A stretch of 64,000 nt of DNA from Saccostrea cucullata (lineage: Eukaryota): the NCBI RefSeq assembly GCF_032062105.1, contig NW_026925523.1:62001-126000 (forward strand), in the 5' to 3' direction. Shown here one piece after another: positions 1-13,683 of the stretch. A program made the translations under genes and the position numbers. Numbering within the stretch: the first letter of the stretch is position 1; every line of letters begins with the position of its first letter. The notes below the pieces were generated by a model. That model made no database searches and had not been told where the DNA came from. It saw only the letters and a list, made by a program, of their open reading frames with translations.

Positions 1-1850
1 ACGCATAAATCCAGCTTGTAGGTTATATAATAGTTTATGTGATACTAAATGATTATAAATGTATTTAAACATTACTCTTTCAAAAACTTTTCCAATGCAG
101 CTCAACAAAGAAATTGGTCTCTAATTGGATGGGTTTGATTTCTCACCTTTTTTAAAAACAGGTACTACACTTGCATGTTTCCGAACACATGGAAATTTCC
201 CAGTTCTCAGGGATTTATTAAACAGTATTTCTAGCGGGACAGCAATTTCTTTCCATATTTCTTTTATCAAAATATGACTGAAATTGTCGGGACCGGAGGT
301 TTTTTAGAATCTAAAATTTCGATAATATCGACAATTTCATTTTCATTTATAGTAACAATTTCAAGTCTAGCCTCTGTCTTTGATTCAAATTCAGTGAGGC
401 CTTTGTCTATATTGTCATTAGAGGAAACTTTACAAAAATATGCATTCAATAATTCACATTTTTCATCATCAGTATAAACATAGGCATTATCTTCAAGATT
501 TTTTAGTGGAGGAATCGAATGTGATGGTTTCGAACCTTTCAATAATCTGCGAACTATTTGCCAATAAGCTTTTGAGTTTGTACAATTCAAATGATTCAAT
601 GATTCATTCAAATTTATTAAGTACTCTTCTTGTAGTTTCTTTTTAAAAATGTTGACTTTGTTTCTTTGTTTCCGGTATTTTTCATTATCTTATTCATTTT
701 TAGATTTTCTCTAGGCTTTTCTTTATTTTTCGCGCAAGTTTATTTCTTTTCGAATTGCAGAATTAAACCAAGGTTTGTCCTCCGGTCTTACTACTACATC
801 TTTTTGTGGTATGTGTTCATTGACAATATCCGAAAGTTTTTCGTTAAACTTTACTACATCGACGTCGACATCTTCGCTATTTAGTATTTCACCCTAATTT
901 GTTTCACTCATTGCATTTCATTTCATACATGACATGGTCAAAATTTGCTCTTTTGTACTTTTGATCGCTGTATCAAGGTTGAGTATTATATAGGTTGCTT
1001 TGTGATCACTTACAGTTTTTTCTATGTCGATAGTTCCTGATTCAATACAATCAAGGGTATCTGTAATAAGTATGGGGTCAATACAAGTCGATGTTAAATT
1101 TGTCACTCTTGTTGGCTCAGTAATATAATTAGTAAGTTTATATGTCGAGATTATATCACTTACATATATTGGAAGCTTTTTTCTTGAAATCTATATTCCA
1201 ATCCCCATTTAATACTATTTTATTTGATTCATCTAAAGCCCTTCCAAAAGAGTTTTCTAACCTGTCCCAGAATTCAACTTTCGATGTTTCAGGTCTATAA
1301 ATAGTGCATAGAAAAACGCTTTTTTTCTACCCAGATTGTTTAGTCCAGCGCATTTTCGAAGTCTGTACGTCTCAGGGCTTCTAAGCCTTCTCTTATATAA
1401 AAAAAGAATACCACCCTCATGACTAGTTCTATCTAATCTGAATGGGGAGTTATACCCTTCAATTGTTAAATTCTCTGTATCATTCAAATGAGTCTCGGTA
1501 AAACACAAAATGTCGTTCAATTCAATGTAAGTAGTTATCTTGTCTAATTCATGTCGTATACTCCTACAATTTAGATGAAAGATTGACAAACCAATTACGT
1601 TTACCTCTGGACCAGGGTTTTCTGCAATATCATTACATAACAAAAGTAGAGTTATTAGAATTAAAATATTCTGAATGTTCAGTATATTTTTCTTGATTAA
1701 ATCTACAACCTTAAATAAGAAAAGCAAAATTTCTTTTGCCAGTTTGCCGATTTTTAGAATAAAAATTTTCTTTCTCCGAATAATTAATTTGTGACACACG
1801 GAGTAGTATTTTCCAATTGCCGCACGATATGTCATAAGATCATTACCCAA
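1..1850 (-). pseudogene. LINE ORF2 (APE endonuclease plus start of RT), frameshifted and with stops
   Basis: Split across ORFs 1257-1850, 918-1106 and 267-611; TAG at 121-123 replaces the Tyr of YRPISLL. Confidence 0.85.
1608..1649 (-). other. 2A-like (StopGo) peptide motif LLLLCNDIAENPGP upstream of the endonuclease
   Basis: Matches D(V/I)ExNPGP except E->A, preceded by a leucine run, directly before the APE domain. Confidence 0.75.
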
Positions 1851-2310
1851 GATCTAAAACGTCAAATCGAAAGATGTAAAGAAGAGTGTTTTTCGTGCAG
1901 CGATGGCAGATCGGAGTGTCGACTTCATTTATACAGCGTAACGCTTGAGTAACCATTGAGTAAAGAGGAGTTATAGCGCAATGATAAAGTGGGTGAAAAG
2001 TGAAATCGAAAAAAAAACACGAAGTATTGGCATGAAAAAAAGTTGGAAAATTGCGAATACATAAAAAAAACCCCAGTAAGAACCCAGAGCAAAGTATGGG
2101 CATGCAAGGAAGTTAGAAAAAAGGTAAGATAAATGTGTGTTCATGTGTTAATTAGAAATATACATATTTATAATATATATACAGTCGTACAAATCTAGCT
2201 TTGCAAATGTTCAAAAAGAAATATCACTGGTTGTTTTTCTTGTTTATAATCTCTTATAATAGTTTTTTGTAGTAATAGTTTGGGAATAATAACAGTACAT
2301 TTATTTGATT

Positions 2311-3225
2311 TTAGGCCTCATCATCACTGATGTGGTCAACTTCTGGTAGGAAGCAAGCAATGTCACTGAGGTGATTTATCAAGATTTTGGGTGAATTCTC
2401 AGTCTCCTTTACAAATATTCTTCCATCATTGGTCCAATATGAGTCAATTTTTTTGTAGTAACGCGCCTTGGATAGAGCTTGAATGATTTGTTGTCGAGAG
2501 CGAGTAAGGTCGTCAGAAATAAAGATTTTACTTTCGCTGCCTTGATCTTTTAACACGGATTTTGTTTGGTAGACCCTGTTTTTGATTTTCCAGTTGTTAA
2601 ATTTACAAATGATTTGGGCTTTTCCGTTTTGGGTTGTTCCAATAATGTGGGACCTGTTTATATCATTCGGACTGATAGGGGGAGATAACTTCAATTTTTC
2701 ATTGCAGATTCCAACCACAATTTGATCGGTGTTGTTGATTTGAGTTTTAGTCATTGGAACCCCATGGAACCTTAATGAGTTTCTTCTCCCATACTGTTCA
2801 AGTTCTTCCAGGCCTAATTCTAATTTGTCGACCTTTTGAGATATATTGTCAAACTCAGCTCTTAAAGTTTGATTTTCTGAACTGAGTTCTTGGATTATAA
2901 CATTTTGAGATTCAATTTTCTGACATAGGTCTGATTTGATTGACGTTAGATCTTGAATAACTGTGTCAATTTTTGAAGTGAGTGCCTGAATTGATTCAGC
3001 TATTAAAGTCCCAAGTTGTGGCATGAGGGCTGAGATAAAGGTTGATGCTGCTGACTGAATAAAATCAGGACCATTGATCGTAGCATGAACCAGTTCTGAA
3101 ATGTTGAAGGTCTTACCGTGGTGTGTCAGTATAATTGGAGCTATATTGCCTTTTTGGACGGAAGCTAAATTGTCAAAAGAGTTTCTTTGTCGCAGAGGCG
3201 CGGGAGCACCCACATGATCCGCCAA
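2311..3225 (-). CDS. LINE ORF1 protein (coiled coil plus RRM-like and C-terminal domains), 304 aa
   Basis: Heptad region followed by LEQYGRRNSLRFHGVP, DINRSH, IICKF, IFISDDLT and WTNDGRIFVK, typical of L2/CR1-group ORF1. Confidence 0.85.
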   Translation of the reverse strand: MADHVGAPAPLRQRNSFDNLASVQKGNIAPIILTHHGKTFNISELVHATINGPDFIQSAASTFISALMPQLGTLIAESIQALTSKIDTVIQDLTSIKSDLCQKIESQNVIIQELSSENQTLRAEFDNISQKVDKLELGLEELEQYGRRNSLRFHGVPMTKTQINNTDQIVVGICNEKLKLSPPISPNDINRSHIIGTTQNGKAQIICKFNNWKIKNRVYQTKSVLKDQGSESKIFISDDLTRSRQQIIQALSKARYYKKIDSYWTNDGRIFVKETENSPKILINHLSDIACFLPEVDHISDDEA

Positions 3226-4744
3226 CTCAGTGGGGCTAACAGTTTGATCAATATTATGGACTCTTGAAAGTGTGGAATGTGGCCTATCATGCTAACATAG
3301 GGACATATTATATTTTTTATAATTCCATTACACAAGTATTTATCACATTTGTCATAGCTTCTCCTATCTATTATTATCATCATTATTAGTATAAAGCAAC
3401 AATTATGTAAATAATTTCATTATACCCCCCGCTTGAAAAGCGGGAGGGTATATAGTAATCGTTAATTCCGTCCGTCCGTCTGTTACGCTTTGGGGTACCC
3501 ATCTCTTATTCGCAACTCCTCTCATACCACTGAATGAAATTTGATGAAACTTTCACAGAATCTTTATTACATATTGCCATTGTGCATCTCCTATTTTACT
3601 TTTTGATCCGACACATATTTTGGGTTTCCCATAGCAAAACATGGACACTGCCATTTATACATATATGGGAGGCGGGGGTATTATTTGGTGAGCCCATTGC
3701 TCACAGTACCTCTAGTTTATGTGTAGAATGCTGTTATTTTCTTTTGTCTAAATGTAAGCAATTAGATGTTCTCTTTTATTGTTCAAACTGAATGCCATTT
3801 GCTAGAATTCTCTCGGGCCTTTCAAGTGTCAGGTTCAATGCTATGTATTTTCCCCATTTCTTCATTTTCGGCTGCTTGTTACGCAACTCTTAAATTTTCC
3901 ATGGTAAAACCTGACCCCTCCGTAGACAATCAGCCAATCAGAGGTGTCCATCTTAATTGTTTTGATGCTGTCTGTAACTGACCAGTCAGCGCTGGGTTGC
4001 TTTGTTGACGCTATCAATAACAGCAAAAAATTTGGCACACCCACCACCACCCCAGCTTTTCCTACCTTGCATTTATATGTTTGAAATTAATATATAGATT
4101 GCATTTGACACGTTGGCATATTCATTTTTGTAGTGCAATCTTTTTGCTGTATACATACTGTTTTTATATTTTTTGCAAATATTGTTTACCTGTAAATTTA
4201 GGGGATCAGTATATTAATATGTATTTGTGCGATGACCTTTTGATCTGATCCCCTATCATGTGATGTATATATTTTTTCTTATTTCGTAATTTTAATAAAT
4301 GACTTATTTCATCTCAACAATGGTGTTGATTTTATTTGATTATATCTCAGCAAAAACAGAGCTGCGGTGAGATTGTGCAGCATTAGGAAACATAAATATA
4401 ATTTTTATTATTGTCTCAAATTGAATATAGCTTTTCTAAAAACAATCATCCATAATCATCGTCAATATGTAATGTAATTTATCTTTGTGTTATTTATATC
4501 ATTGTTTGTTATCAATAAAAGAGAAAAAAATAATAATCGATTTTCGGAATCGGTAGCATTTTTTCGTCGACAATCGATATGTTCTGATTATCGGTATAAC
4601 ACTACTTAGGATACCTTTCAGAAAACTCATATTACAAAAATGAAAACTGTTACCTAAAGAACACGAATAAGAAATTTCTTTGTTTCAGTCAGTGATTAAA
4701 GGGATCTTGATGTGATTAACAGTAGTTAGAACTTTTATACTTAC

Positions 4745-4816
4745 AGAGTCGACAGTCCTGACAGACCATTAAATGCATTTACCAGAATACTGGCTAGTCT
4801 GTTACTGGATAGGTCT
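4745..4816 (-). CDS. LRR protein coding exon 4 (DLSSNRLASILVNAFNGLSGLSTL)
   Basis: 72 bp, AG/GTAAG boundaries, phase 2-2, 24-aa typical LRR consensus. Confidence 0.85.
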
Positions 4817-5256
4817 CTAATGTAAATGTAGATGAAAACAATATAATTAAGTACTTGATCTGGTATATATGGTCAATATATATTGATGTTGAGGAAGAGG
4901 CAAACCTTTTTTTTTTACTCCGAACGTTTTGAAAATTCATATGAACATTTTTATGCCATCAATTCTCATTTTTGTATTCTTTTTGATGAAAATGAGCGTG
5001 TGTGCATGTAGCATCTTCTTTGATATACAATTTGATAAGCAAGCAAACCTATCAAACACATTATCAAGCACAATGATATGATAAATATAGTGATTGCAGA
5101 TTTAATTCCTTAACATTGATCATGCTATCTGTATGCCCCATAGATTATATAATTTTTGTCACTTTTATTAACTTTTATTTATAACTTGAAGAACACGAAT
5201 GTGAAATTTCTTTGTTTCAATCAGTGATTCAGAGTAGTATGAACTTCTATACTTAC

Positions 5257-5328
5257 AGAACCCATAGCCTTGACAGACCAATAAATGCATTTGTCTGTAG
5301 ACTGGTTATCCTGCTGTGGGATAGGTCT
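5257..5328 (-). CDS. LRR protein coding exon 3 (DLSHSRITSLQTNAFIGLSRLWVL)
   Basis: 72 bp, AG/GTAAG boundaries, phase 2-2, LRR consensus. Confidence 0.85.
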
Positions 5329-5527
5329 CTAATGTAAATGTAGAGAAACACAAGACAGTTAAACTATTGATCTGGTTTATATGGTCAATATTTATTTATG
5401 CAGAGGAAGAAAAAAAACTTTTAAGCCGTGTTAAAATAATGTTTGCTTGCCCTCTCACTAAAATTTGCAGGTCGGTTGATATAGTTAGGGAAATCCTTTT
5501 TCAGAAAATTTCAATATATTTGTTGAC

Positions 5528-6596
5528 AGGAAAATAGGGGAAAAAAAGAATAATATCTATTCCTGGCGTTTAAAAAAAAATTATTGTGTCGGACCATTCT
5601 TTTCAGTCTTTCGCAAAAAGGAAACCGAACAATTTTTCAATTTTTTCTTATTTGAATCGCACATTTCGAAAGGTCACACTAACAAAAATGTACCAAAGAT
5701 TCCCAATTTTATGATTTTTTTTAAGATACATGTAAGCATCATTCAGCAAATTTCGGCTGATTCCGTCGCCTATATCAAGCATTGGCTGTACGAGGAAAAA
5801 TAGGGGAAAAAAAGAATAATATCTATTCCTGGCGTTTAAAAAAAAATTATTGTGTCGGACCATTCTTTTCAGTCTTTCGCAAAAAGGAAACCGAACAATT
5901 TTTCAATTTTTCTTATTTGAATCGCACATTTCGAAAGGTCACACTAACAAAAATGTACCAAAGATTCCCAATTTTATGATTTTTTTTTAAGATACATGTA
6001 AGCATCATTCAGCAAACTTCGGCTGATTCCGTCGCCTATATCAAACATTGGCTGTACGAGGAAAAATAGGGGAAAAAAAGAATAATATCTATTCCTGGCG
6101 TTTAAAAAAAAATTATTGTGTCGGACCATTCTTTTCAGTCTTTCGCAAAAAGGAAACCGAACAATTTTTCAATTTTTTCTTATTTGAATCGCACATTTCG
6201 AAAGGTCACACTAACAAAAATGTACCAAAGATTCCCAATTTTATGATTTTTTTAAAGATACATGTAAGCATCATTCAGCAAATTTCGGCTGATTCCGTCG
6301 CCTATATCAAACATTGGCTGTACGAGGAAAAATAGGGGAAAAAAAGAATAATATCTATTCCTGGCGTTTAAAAAAAAATTATTGTGTCGGACCATTCTTT
6401 TCAGTCTTTCGCAAAAAGGAAACCGAACAATTTTTCAATTTTTCTTATTTGAATCGCACATTTCGAAAGGTCACACTAACAAAAATGTACCAAAGATTCC
6501 CAATTTTATGATTTTTTTTAAGATACATGTAAGCATCATTCAGCAAACTTCGGCTGATTCCGTCGCCTATATCAAACATTGGCTGTACGAGGAAAC
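5528..6596. repeat. Tandem array of four near-identical ~266-bp units in an LRR gene intron
   Basis: Unit start GGAAAA(A)TAGGGGAAAAAAAGAATAATATC recurs near 5529, 5794, 6060 and 6326. Confidence 0.95.
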
Positions 6597-7535
6597 TTAA
6601 TATGTGTATCCGATGAACATTCGTGATTTACTGCCTAGGGAAAATGTCACGCTTTTAAAAAAAATAATAATAAAGCATCAGACACACCGACAAATAATCT
6701 GCAAACATGCATTACAAAAGGAACATTTATCCTATCTCTGATGTTTTGGAGGTCCGTGTTGGCTTTGCTCCTATTTTTATTGTTAATTAAGCTTGAAGTA
6801 CTATTCGTTTTTTCCTTATATTTCATGAGAAAAAGGTATTTGTACCCGGTGTTTTCTTCATATTCAATATGAAGACCACCTTTAACTAAAATTATCTTAA
6901 TGTAATGAAGTGCAGTCTTATCTAAATAAAATAATACTGATTTAATTTTCAGATTAAAGGTGGACTGTTATCGATAATGTTGATACATCCATATTTACTA
7001 TATGCACTCTATGTAGACTGAATGATTTTTATAGATACCTTATGAGGAAACTATTAACAATTAAATATCATTTTTGTGTGATCTGGTATGGCAAATGTAT
7101 ATATAAACTAAACCTGTATGAGAAAATTGTGGTTAAAGAAAGTACTTTATAGAAACCACTACTAAATTAAAGTAGGCGAAATGCTTACCAAATGAACCAT
7201 GACTCTTTGGTTACATAGTGTGACAATCATTCGATTTTCAACTTTAACCTTTACAAATGTCTTTGACCTCCTTACTTTTGCTTCGATTTTCATCTCAATC
7301 AGTATCAAACTCGTAATCAATTTTAGATCATTCTTAATTAAAAAACAATACTTATATATGAAGTATCCAGTTAATACCTTTGCATTTTAGGCAACAATAT
7401 ATAGTGCATGTATCAGGAAGTTACTGTTAGGGATGATGATTTTAACAGCAGATTTTGAATTGTCAATTAAGAGAAGAGTTATACAACTCATAACATTCTG
7501 TTTCAAGGAATTTCCAATTTTCTTTATTTACTTAC

Positions 7536-7607
7536 AGTGTCCGTAGTTTTGAAAGACCATTAAAAGCATTTCCCCGTATTGTTGATAAGTTGTTGGCGAA
7601 AAGGATT
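7536..7607 (-). CDS. LRR protein coding exon 2 (ILFANNLSTIRGNAFNGLSKLRTL)
   Basis: 72 bp, TTTTAG acceptor and GTAAG donor, in phase with the exon at 16639-16820. Confidence 0.85.
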
Positions 7608-7732
7608 CTAAAAGAAATTAAGATTTAAATCATACGCATAGATTAATGTTATAGATTTTTTAAATTTCTATTAATTGAGAGACTTTAAAATACTTATTTC
7701 TGTCAGTCCTCCGTACTAGTTTATCGTGTGTA

Positions 7733-9728
7733 CGAGGGGCTATCAAAAAGTTCATGGACTAGCGCCATAAAATTAAAATCGCTTTAGGTGCGTCAATGAA
7801 TTTTAAAATATAGTTATCATCATCTTTTCGTTCTATAGAATAAACCACAAATCCTAAATTTTACTTTTAAATAAATTATTAAAGTTTTTGTAAGCAATGC
7901 TATGTCCAGGCGGCGCAACCTCAAAAACGACGTTTTTTCGACATAAGTGTAACTAAGATAAACATTAGACATCCAAATATACCATTATTTCAGGTATGTG
8001 TTGGGACACATGAAGTATGGAATTTTTACCACACTCTGGAAGTTCTATGAAATTTTATTGTAAATTTTACATGGAGTATCCAAACAAATATTGCCTTGAA
8101 AATGACGTCAAAGGGGGGAGGGGTTTCCTTTTCCACTTTTCTTTGAGGTTTTGCCCCCTGGAAAACTGGTATACACCTAGAAAAGTTTAAACTGGCTACG
8201 GAGAAATAATTTGCATCCATATTACTTGTTTTTAATGCAAAAACAGACTCAGAGAGGAAAGGGATTCAATGTTAGTGTCGATTTGTAGTCAAGGACTTAG
8301 GTTTGAAAAATCTATCACGTCAAATAATGATGTTGATCATATGTTTTAGGTAAATTGAACTCTAAAAAGCAAATATGCTGACACAGTCAAGCGAGAATCT
8401 CTCCCAATGTATTAATCCATTTATAAAAAATTTATGCATTGAAAGCTTCTGTTCATGACATTGTAAAGTCAAAACAAGACGGGTTGAAGTCCATACTCAG
8501 CTTTAGGGAATCTCATCAAAATAAGTGTACGATGTAGAAGAAGTGGACAATAAAAATAAATGACGTTGTTGGACGTCATGAAACTAAGCGGCAGCGCCGG
8601 GTAATCATATAATGTCGTTTTTATTTATTATAATAATAATAATCTGTAAAAATAATGAACGTATCAAGCTTAAATTTTCAACATTTCTTTATTTTTTGTT
8701 TCTTATAAATTTTGTAAGCGCAGACTACATAGTACTGTCGTTTACTAATTATAGGATTAGAAATTCAAATAATGAGTACACGCTATTTCTAATTCAATAA
8801 CAAGTTTGGCTTTCCAGAAAGCCTGAAATGTCATCTCTTTGGTATCAATAATGTCAAAGAAATAAAACAGAAAGGGAAATATATTAATGCAATAAATATA
8901 TGGATTATTACACCTGAAGTCCCCAAATGACTTATTCAGCAAAATCCACAGTAAAGTACGCAGTAACTGTTTCTTTTGGCCGCAGTACATATATGGAAAG
9001 CATGGACGTCTGCGAGAGCACCCAAGGCGATTTTTAGTGAAATTTGATTCTAGCGTTCTTTGTGCTTCTGGGTTTTTACAATTTACTTAAATTCAAATAC
9101 TTTCCTTGAACTATATTTTCTTAACACAATACGGAATTATCAACAATAATTATAATTCATTTAAAAGCAGCTAATCATTAAAATTTGACAGGAATTAATT
9201 TAGTAAATCCAATTACAGACTAAAAAATTAACATAAAATTAGCGTTGACCACTCTTCATACATTTTTTGCAGAATCTAATTGTAAGCTTGTTCTTTTGTG
9301 CGAGAACCATTTTTCCGATCGCGTCAACAAATCCATATATAGAAATCAAGTTATTGTCAATTCTCCTTGTGTGGCTTACCAATTTAATAAGGCAAAGTAT
9401 TGAGGATCAATATATATACGACACACCGAAACTATAGATATTTATAAGCATCGTACTTCTTTTCTAAATTTTCCTTGGCTTTCAAATAGGCCTAAACCGA
9501 AAATAGGTCACACACTCCTAAGCTAGTTCTTCTAAAAGAAAACCAGTTTACAGGCTACTTGGAACTCTCTAAAACATCGAGGACTCCCGAAAGATTAATG
9601 GAGGCTTACACTAGGACTTCACTTCCGACATTCAATCTTAATGTGTCATCTCCCGAGGGAGATGACAATTAGTAAATGACAGTACTAATTTTATAGCCCC
9701 AGTCCACGAACATTTTGATAACCCCTCG
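7733..9728. mobile_element. Non-autonomous/decayed mariner-like DNA transposon
   Basis: TIRs CGAGGGGCTATCAAAAAGTTCATGGACT / AGTCCACGAACATTTTGATAACCCCTCG, flanked by TA on both sides; no intact ORF. Confidence 0.8.
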
Positions 9729-10640
9729 TACATGATTTCCATGATTATAAGCTTGTAGCTGACAAAACACACCTTGAAATTTTTACATTTGTTATCACAG
9801 AAACTTGGTAAATATATTTATTTTTTCTAGTTTAATAAGTTTAAAGTTAACACAAACAAACTTTACTTTTTTCTTTTACTTTAAAATCCTGGCAATATAG
9901 GGAATTAAAATTTTCAGAATTGTTGAACGTTGTGTATTACATCATACGTGGAGGTTTGTTCCTGTAACGTTGATACTTGATCCGGGTTAAAATTGACCTG
10001 GGGATCATTTTTCAACGTTGAACACTAAGACTAAAGGTTTTGAATTTGGACCCTAGTCCGTTGAAAACGGAGCCGGTGTAAAGACGAATAATTACCCCCA
10101 TCGAATAATGACCGGGGGTCATTTTTCGACAGCGAAAAATGACCCCCGGTCATTATTCGACGTCGAAAAATGACACTTTTGCCCGTAGAAAAAGTGTCAC
10201 CACCCTAAAAATTTGCAGAACCCATGTGAAGAAAAATGACCCCCGTAGAAAAATGACTCCCTGTTGCTTAAAGCTGAAATTTTTAGGGGGCAAAAAAATT
10301 ACTGAGATAAGGAAACATATTGGCCAAAATGCTCACCTGAGCTAAGTGGGAATAATTTATGATATGTTGATCTCATAACATTATACAATTATAGCTATAT
10401 TTTAAGGTCAATACCATGATTCAGAATCTAAAGGAGTAAAAGATTTATAGAGCCTAAAGGGTTAGGTAAACATTTTTCGATGGTGAAAATCATCCTACTG
10501 ACAGAAAAAATCAGCAGTATTATATTTTATTATTTCCTCCGCTTGAAAAGCGGGAGGGTTTAGTGATCGGGATGTCCGTCCGTCTGTTACACTTTGGGGT
10601 ATCTATCTCTTATCCGCAACTCCTCTAATATATATAAAAA

Positions 10641-11327
10641 AAAAAGATGTGTTGGTGAAACAGCTATGCCCCTGTAAACTTTTCTTAAATGCAATTTAAA
10701 TATATTAGTACCCAAAGTAGAGTCTTCTCACAAAAAAAAAATACAAAATAGGAAAGCCTTAGCACCACTTGTTCAAAAGTAATGGCTAAGGATAAGTTTT
10801 TGAAAGGTAGGTCAAATTCAGAGGTCAAAGGGTCAAAGTTGATGGTTTCTTAAGAAAGGTTAAATGTAACAAGGATTACATATGTGAAGCATGAAAACCC
10901 TAGCCCTTACCGTTCAAAAGTTATGGCCAAGGTTAAAGTTTTTTTCATAAGTACGGAAATCTCCGAAGTCAAGGTCAAAAGGTCAAAGTTTTTATTTAGT
11001 ATCTAATGAAAGGTCATGCCAAAAAATACATATGTGAAGTATGAGAGTACTAGTATCTACCGTTTAAAAGTTATGGCCAGAGTAAAGATTTGGCATTTTT
11101 TGTAAAATTGGACAAACTCCAAGATAAAGGTCAAAAGGTCAAATTTAGTGGTACCCAAAGTAAGGTCTTGTCACAAGGAATACACATATTAGATATGAAA
11201 GTCATAGCTGTTATGGTCAAGGTTAATGTTTTTGCGGACAAACAGACTGTCAGATAGACAGACAGACATACAGATGGACACGATAAAACTATATACCCCC
11301 GAATCTTCGATTACGGAAACATAAAAA
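10641..11327 (+). mobile_element. Helentron-associated non-autonomous element (HINE/pearl-like)
   Basis: 5' AAGATGTGTTGGTGAAAC..TGCCCC, central AAGGTCAA-rich ~100-bp subrepeats, (GACA)n, 3' short palindrome and ATAAAAA. Confidence 0.65.
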
Positions 11328-11724
11328 GAAATGGTCTTCAATTAACTTTTCATATTATGATACAGTATAAAAAAGACGTTGCAAAAATGAAAATGTTTGT
11401 TCTGATTTTCATATAAAAAATATATTCAGAACTGAGTACATGGGTGGAGTAAAACAAGAATTAAGAAATGTATTGGATACTGTGTGCTAAATCAAAAGGT
11501 TATATCTACATGTATAGTGTTTGCATTAGAATGTGTATTTTACACTAGCCCATATATACATGTAGCTTTACAGAGCATATTTTTAGGTGTTATACCCACC
11601 CCACCCCACCCCCTTACTTATTTAGGAGGAAGTCGATTATTGATCAACAAAAGCTACAAAAAAACTACCCTACCTTTATTTTTCTATAAGGAGGGACTAA
11701 AAATGAGCTTAAAATAATCTACTG

Positions 11725-13650
11725 GGCCGCGTTTCACAAAACTTACGATCATCTTTTAAGATCTGATTATGACAATCATAAGATTTGTCACTGCTGTTTC
11801 ACAAAACTATCTTAAGTATATGAAATCTTAAGACAAGTCTTAAGACATGCATATTCCAATTCTTCAATATCACAGGAATTTAAAAAAGTTTTCACGAGGT
11901 CTTTCTTTAATTTTCATTGAAATATTGAAATAATGTTTGTCTCATATAGTTTATTTTGCTGATAAACCCTCGAAAAAAAACAACAAAATTTATTGCATCA
12001 ATTAAAGTTAATGTACTTTGTGTGTGTGTGTGTGTGTGTGTCGGAAAGGGGATGGGGTCATTAAAATTAAATTTGAGTTTATTTTTCACAAAAAATTAAT
12101 AAAATTTGCTGAAATGTCTTTTTGCTCGGGAAATCGATTTTTGACAAAATGCATGTGATCACTTTTAATTAAAACTACTGAAGCTTTGCAAATAATGAAA
12201 GATTTTTTTCAATTAATCCATTTAAAACACTAAATTGTGTTCAAAGTTCGTTCATAAATTTTTTCGATGCAGTAGCCCTTTTTAAAGAAAATCTTACAAC
12301 TAAGAGCAAAACTTCTCCCCCATTCAACAACAATATTTCAGCTGCCAAAATCCTTTTTTTCTATTACATTACAGAAATATTTTATGAATAAATTTGATTC
12401 AATTATTTAGAAAAATATTTTTATCAAATCAAAAAAAAGAAAGTATGGTAAAATTTAAGTCTTAGTAGTATTTTTTTTGTGTGTGTGTGTGTGTCTTTAA
12501 AATGATTCAACTACTGCAACAAAATAACAATGTCAACAGATGAAGAAGAGAAACAAAAGAAAAAACACATTCAAAATTTTAGGGTTTCAATATGATTAAG
12601 AAAAAGCATAATGAAAGCAAGTGCATACAACATCAACTATTACAGCATATTGAATTGTCATACACATTCCTGTGGATTAATAAGGATACCTCATCTAATT
12701 TTGTATAACTGAATAAAATGTTTAATTTGAAATTAAATCACCACAATTAAAATATATAAAAAAAACATTTATATATTGTCTGCCACAACGTAACAAAATA
12801 AACTAAAGTAAATTTCATGGACTTATCAAATCCATAAAAAATACAAATGGTCCAAAGAAGCATTTGGGGATTATGGGGGCACAACCAAAGAAAATGTCTT
12901 GAAATGAATAAAGTGGAAATACATAAAGTAGGTTCATTTTAGTTTTTCAGTCGTATATTTTTTGGCAATTTTTGTTTGGGGGGTGGGGTGGGGAGTGTCA
13001 TTGTTCTGACTGGCCAGATATAGTCCAAAGGCTTGTTCTATCTCTAAAACCCGTTTTGTTTAAACATCCTTCGGTTTTTAGCCAAAATACATATATGCTG
13101 TCACATGTTTCACTTTAGACTTAAAGCTGAACACTACTCGTAAATAGGCATAGTCCGCCATATTTCTCGTTCTTCGACGCTCTCCCTACAACTCGTATAT
13201 AAGGAGCAGATCGCTAGTCAGTTCAATGTATTTTACTACAGAGATCCGACGAGTGCAGACGTATATCTTACAAAGCGTGCTACTCAATATCGATGAAATT
13301 ATCAAATTTTACGTATTTTTTCCAAAACAGGACAAAAGTATCATAAAAAATACAGGTCAATACATTATTTTCAAACAGAAAATGCACATAAAATCAAGAA
13401 ATAAACGCAAAAAATCTAAGACCACGATAGGAGTACTACATGTCGGCCACGACTTTCGAGTGTGCAATCAGGTGTAACGAAAGCGAGCGGTTTATATACC
13501 CGTCTGACAGTGCCTATTTATGAGAAGTGTTCAGCTTTAAGACATGTATCTGGTTGTCTTAAGATTCTGACCAATCTTACGATTATCATAAGATATGACA
13601 GTTTTGTGAAACGGCTATGGTGCAATCTTACGAAAATTTTCGGTCTTAAG

Positions 13651-13683
<33 letters not shown>

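Larger units (their letters stand above)
1..3225 (-). mobile_element. Non-LTR retrotransposon of the CR1/L2 group (ORF1 intact, ORF2 disrupted); runs off the window start, in an intron of or just downstream of the LRR gene
   Basis: ORF1 2311-3225 followed by ORF2 fragments encoding an APE endonuclease (HLNCRSI, LCFTETHL, RLDR..GG, SDH) and the pre-RT/RT N-terminus (PLEILFNKSL..GKFP..VVPVFKKG..N*RPISLLSCIGKVFE). Confidence 0.9.

Noticed and set aside
5528-6600. Repeated short ORFs (MAVRGKIGEKK...) and a possible CRISPR-like array
   Set aside because: Products of a 266-bp tandem repeat with no unique spacers, in a eukaryotic intron with no cas genes.
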